Part shown: in pieces, positions 61,235 through 64,000 of the stretch
How positions within the stretch are numbered: position 1 is the stretch's first letter
How the letters are laid out: the number at the start of each line of letters is the position of its first letter
From: Flaccisagitta enflata
Taxonomy: Eukaryota
Reading direction: 5' to 3'
DNA: 64,000 nt
NCBI GenBank assembly: GCA_965153355.1
Contig: OZ231126.1
Location: 29,574,001 to 29,638,000, forward strand
Translations under genes and position numbers: made by a program
Notes under the pieces: generated by a model
Database searches by the model: none
The model's input: the letters and a program-made list of their open reading frames with translations, nothing else
What the model was told of the DNA's origin: nothing

Positions 61235-61755
61235 TATAATAGTTTCCCAAGCTAATCATCCTCTGCGCATGGTGCCATGAGCACATTTTGAATTTCAATG
61301 TATTCAGTCTTATTGTTAACAGATCTGATCGAATCTATGGAACCTATGGAAAGACAATTATCTCCCTGTTCGCTGATGAGGCGATCCATTTTAGGCTTAT
61401 ACATGTAGCAGGCGTTCATATTTTGTAAACCTTCCGAGAGGCAAAAAATTTCCCTCTAAAGTTTCCGACCCACTTTGTCATTGCTCTCCTAACAATCTTT
61501 ACGCTAAATAGCGTGCATAAATCAAAAGTCTCAACTTGTATTGGCCATGATATAGCTCTATTTGTGTAAAGCTTTTGAAAAATCAATGTGAACCAACTAA
61601 TAATCAATTTTTTTTTATACCTGACAAAATGCCGCTTTATTTTGTTATCTAACAAGAATTGAATCTAGCATTTCTTCTTTCTTTCATTTCTTCCTTCCTT
61701 TTTTCCTTCTCGCCATCTTTCTTTCTTTCTTCCTTCCTTTCATTCTTTAATTCAT

Positions 61756-61791
<36 letters not shown>

Positions 61792-61803
61792 TTTTTCTTT
61801 TTT

Positions 61804-61874
<71 letters not shown>

Positions 61875-61892
61875 CTCTTTTTTCTCTTTCAT

Positions 61893-61955
<63 letters not shown>

Positions 61956-64000
61956 CTCTTTCTTATTTTCTTTCCTTACTTTTTAAGTCGCGCGCACGCG
62001 ACTCTACAACCCGCTTTGTCCGTCGGTCGGTCTGTCCGTCTGTCGGTTGGTCCGTCACACTTTACTTTTTTTTATCATTTTATTTTTTTGACCTCACTGC
62101 TCCTGCCCAAATGGTCTGGTGACCTCAATTATGGCCCCTGCCCACCCGCACGCGACTTTGGTAGCCGTGTATCCGGCCTTGTTTTTTGTCCGCGACGGAA
62201 TACCATTCCGACGCGGACTATAATTCGAGGCGGGTGGGTGTCGTCGTTGTCGTCGTCGTTGTCGTCGTCGTTGTTGTCGTCGTCGTCCACACTTTTAAAA
62301 ATGGGCTAACTTTTGAACGCCTTGACCGATTTGCTTCATATTTGGAGGGAAGTTGTACTAGGGTAAGCCGCTTTACATCCTATGCGTATGTTATGATCCG
62401 ACTCACCCAACCGGCCAAACCAGCCTACCAGCCTAAAAGTGAAAAACGTGCATAACTTCGGCATTCTTCAACCGATTTGGTTGAAACTTGGTATGTAGTT
62501 TCTAAATGGAAGGACTCAACATATGTATTTGATCTGTACAGATTTTAGAATGTTAACCGGCCAAACCGGCCTGCCACCCAACCAGCCTACCAGCCTAAAA
62601 GCGAAAAACGTGCACAACTTCGTCATTTTTCAACCAATTTGGTTGAAACTTGGTATGTAGTCTCTAAATGAAAGAACTCAACATATGTGTTTGAATTGTA
62701 AAGGTTTTAGCGTGCTAACCGGCCAAACCAGCCTACCACCCAACTAGCCTACCAGCCTAAAAGTTAAAAACATGCATATCTTCGGCATTTTTCAACCGAT
62801 TTGGTTGAAACTTGGTATGTAGTCTCTAAATGGAAGAACTCAACATATGTATTTGAATTGTATAGATTTTAGCATGCTCACCGGCCAAACCAGCCTACCA
62901 CCCAACTAGCCTACCAGCCTAAAAGTGAAAAATGTGCATAACTTCGGCATTTTTCAACCGATTTGGTTGAAACTTGGTATGAAGTCTCTAAATGGAAGGA
63001 CTCAACATATGTATTTGAATTGTAAAGATTTTAGCATGCTAACCAGCCAAACCAGCCTACCACCCAACTAGCCTACCTGCCTAAAAGTGAAAAACGTGCA
63101 GAACTTCGGCATTTTTCGATCGATTTGGTTAAAACTGGGTATGTAGTCCCTAAATGGAAGGACTCAACATATGAATTTGATTTATAAAGATTTTAGCATG
63201 CTAACTGGCCTACCAGCCAGCCAGCTTACCACCCTTAAAGTGATAAATGTGCAAAACTTATGCCAATGCCGTTTGACAATGCTGTTTGACAATGACGTTT
63301 GACAATGCCGTTTGACAATGCCGTTTGACAATGACGTTTGACAATGCCATTTGACAATGCCATTTGACAATGCCATTTGACAATGCCGTTTGACAACGCC
63401 GTTTGACAACGCCGTTTGACAACGCCATTTGACAACGCCGTTTGACAACGCCGTTTGACAACGCCGTTTGACAACGCCGTTTGATAACGCCGTTTGACAA
63501 CGCCGTTTGACAACGCCGTTTTACAACGCCTTTTTACAACGCCGTTTGACAACGCCGTTTGACAACGCCGTTTGACAACGCCGTTTGACAACGCCGTTTG
63601 ACAACGACAACGCCAAGCTGTTGTAACGCCGCTTGACAACGCCGTATGACAACGCCGTATGACAACGCCGTATGACAACGCCGCATGACAACGCCGCATG
63701 ACAACGCCGCATGACAACGCCGCATGACAACGCCGCATGACAACGCCGCATGACAACGCCGTTTGACAACGCCGTTTGACAACGCCGTTTGACAACGCCG
63801 TTTGACAACGCCGTTTGACAACGCCGTTTGACAACGCCGTTTGACAACGCCGTTTGACAACGCCGTTTGACAACGCCGTTTGACAACGCCGTTTGACAAC
63901 GCCGTTTGACAACGCTGATTGACAACGCTGATTGACAACGCTGATTGACCCCAGTCGCGGACCCATACTCTTTCAAGATTTTTTCTTTCTTTCTTTCCCT

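Overview
Repeat-rich genomic DNA from an intron-containing eukaryote, most likely an invertebrate animal. Genes rebuilt by hand from splice sites and reading phase: (1) the 5' part of an ERCC6L/PICH SNF2 translocase (minus, 10 exons, 21193->2221, helicase C-terminal exons not found in the window); (2) a complete 7-exon glycine N-methyltransferase-like gene (minus, 40462->34634, 307 aa) with substitutions at several substrate-pocket positions; (3) an isolated PDZ-domain exon (minus, 497->421); (4) the first four coding exons of a CLC chloride channel/transporter; (5) a two-exon gene of about 300 aa that I do not recognise. The dominant structure is a giant palindrome: about 42616-53210 is mirrored by 53373-64000 (to the window edge) around a 162-bp spacer. 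It holds two convergent truncated CLC copies and two head-to-head copies of the unknown gene. The arms differ by scattered SNPs and indels, and the centre shows a templated-insertion, fold-back type junction at a TA-flanked MITE. It may be a real inverted duplication or an assembly/amplification artefact; the sequence alone cannot decide. The rest is densely filled with Helentron-associated (DINE-1/HINE-like) elements carrying tandem repeats, hAT elements with 8-bp TSDs, MULE-like and Tc1/pogo-like MITEs, LINE fragments, a tandem array of tRNA-derived units and many microsatellites.
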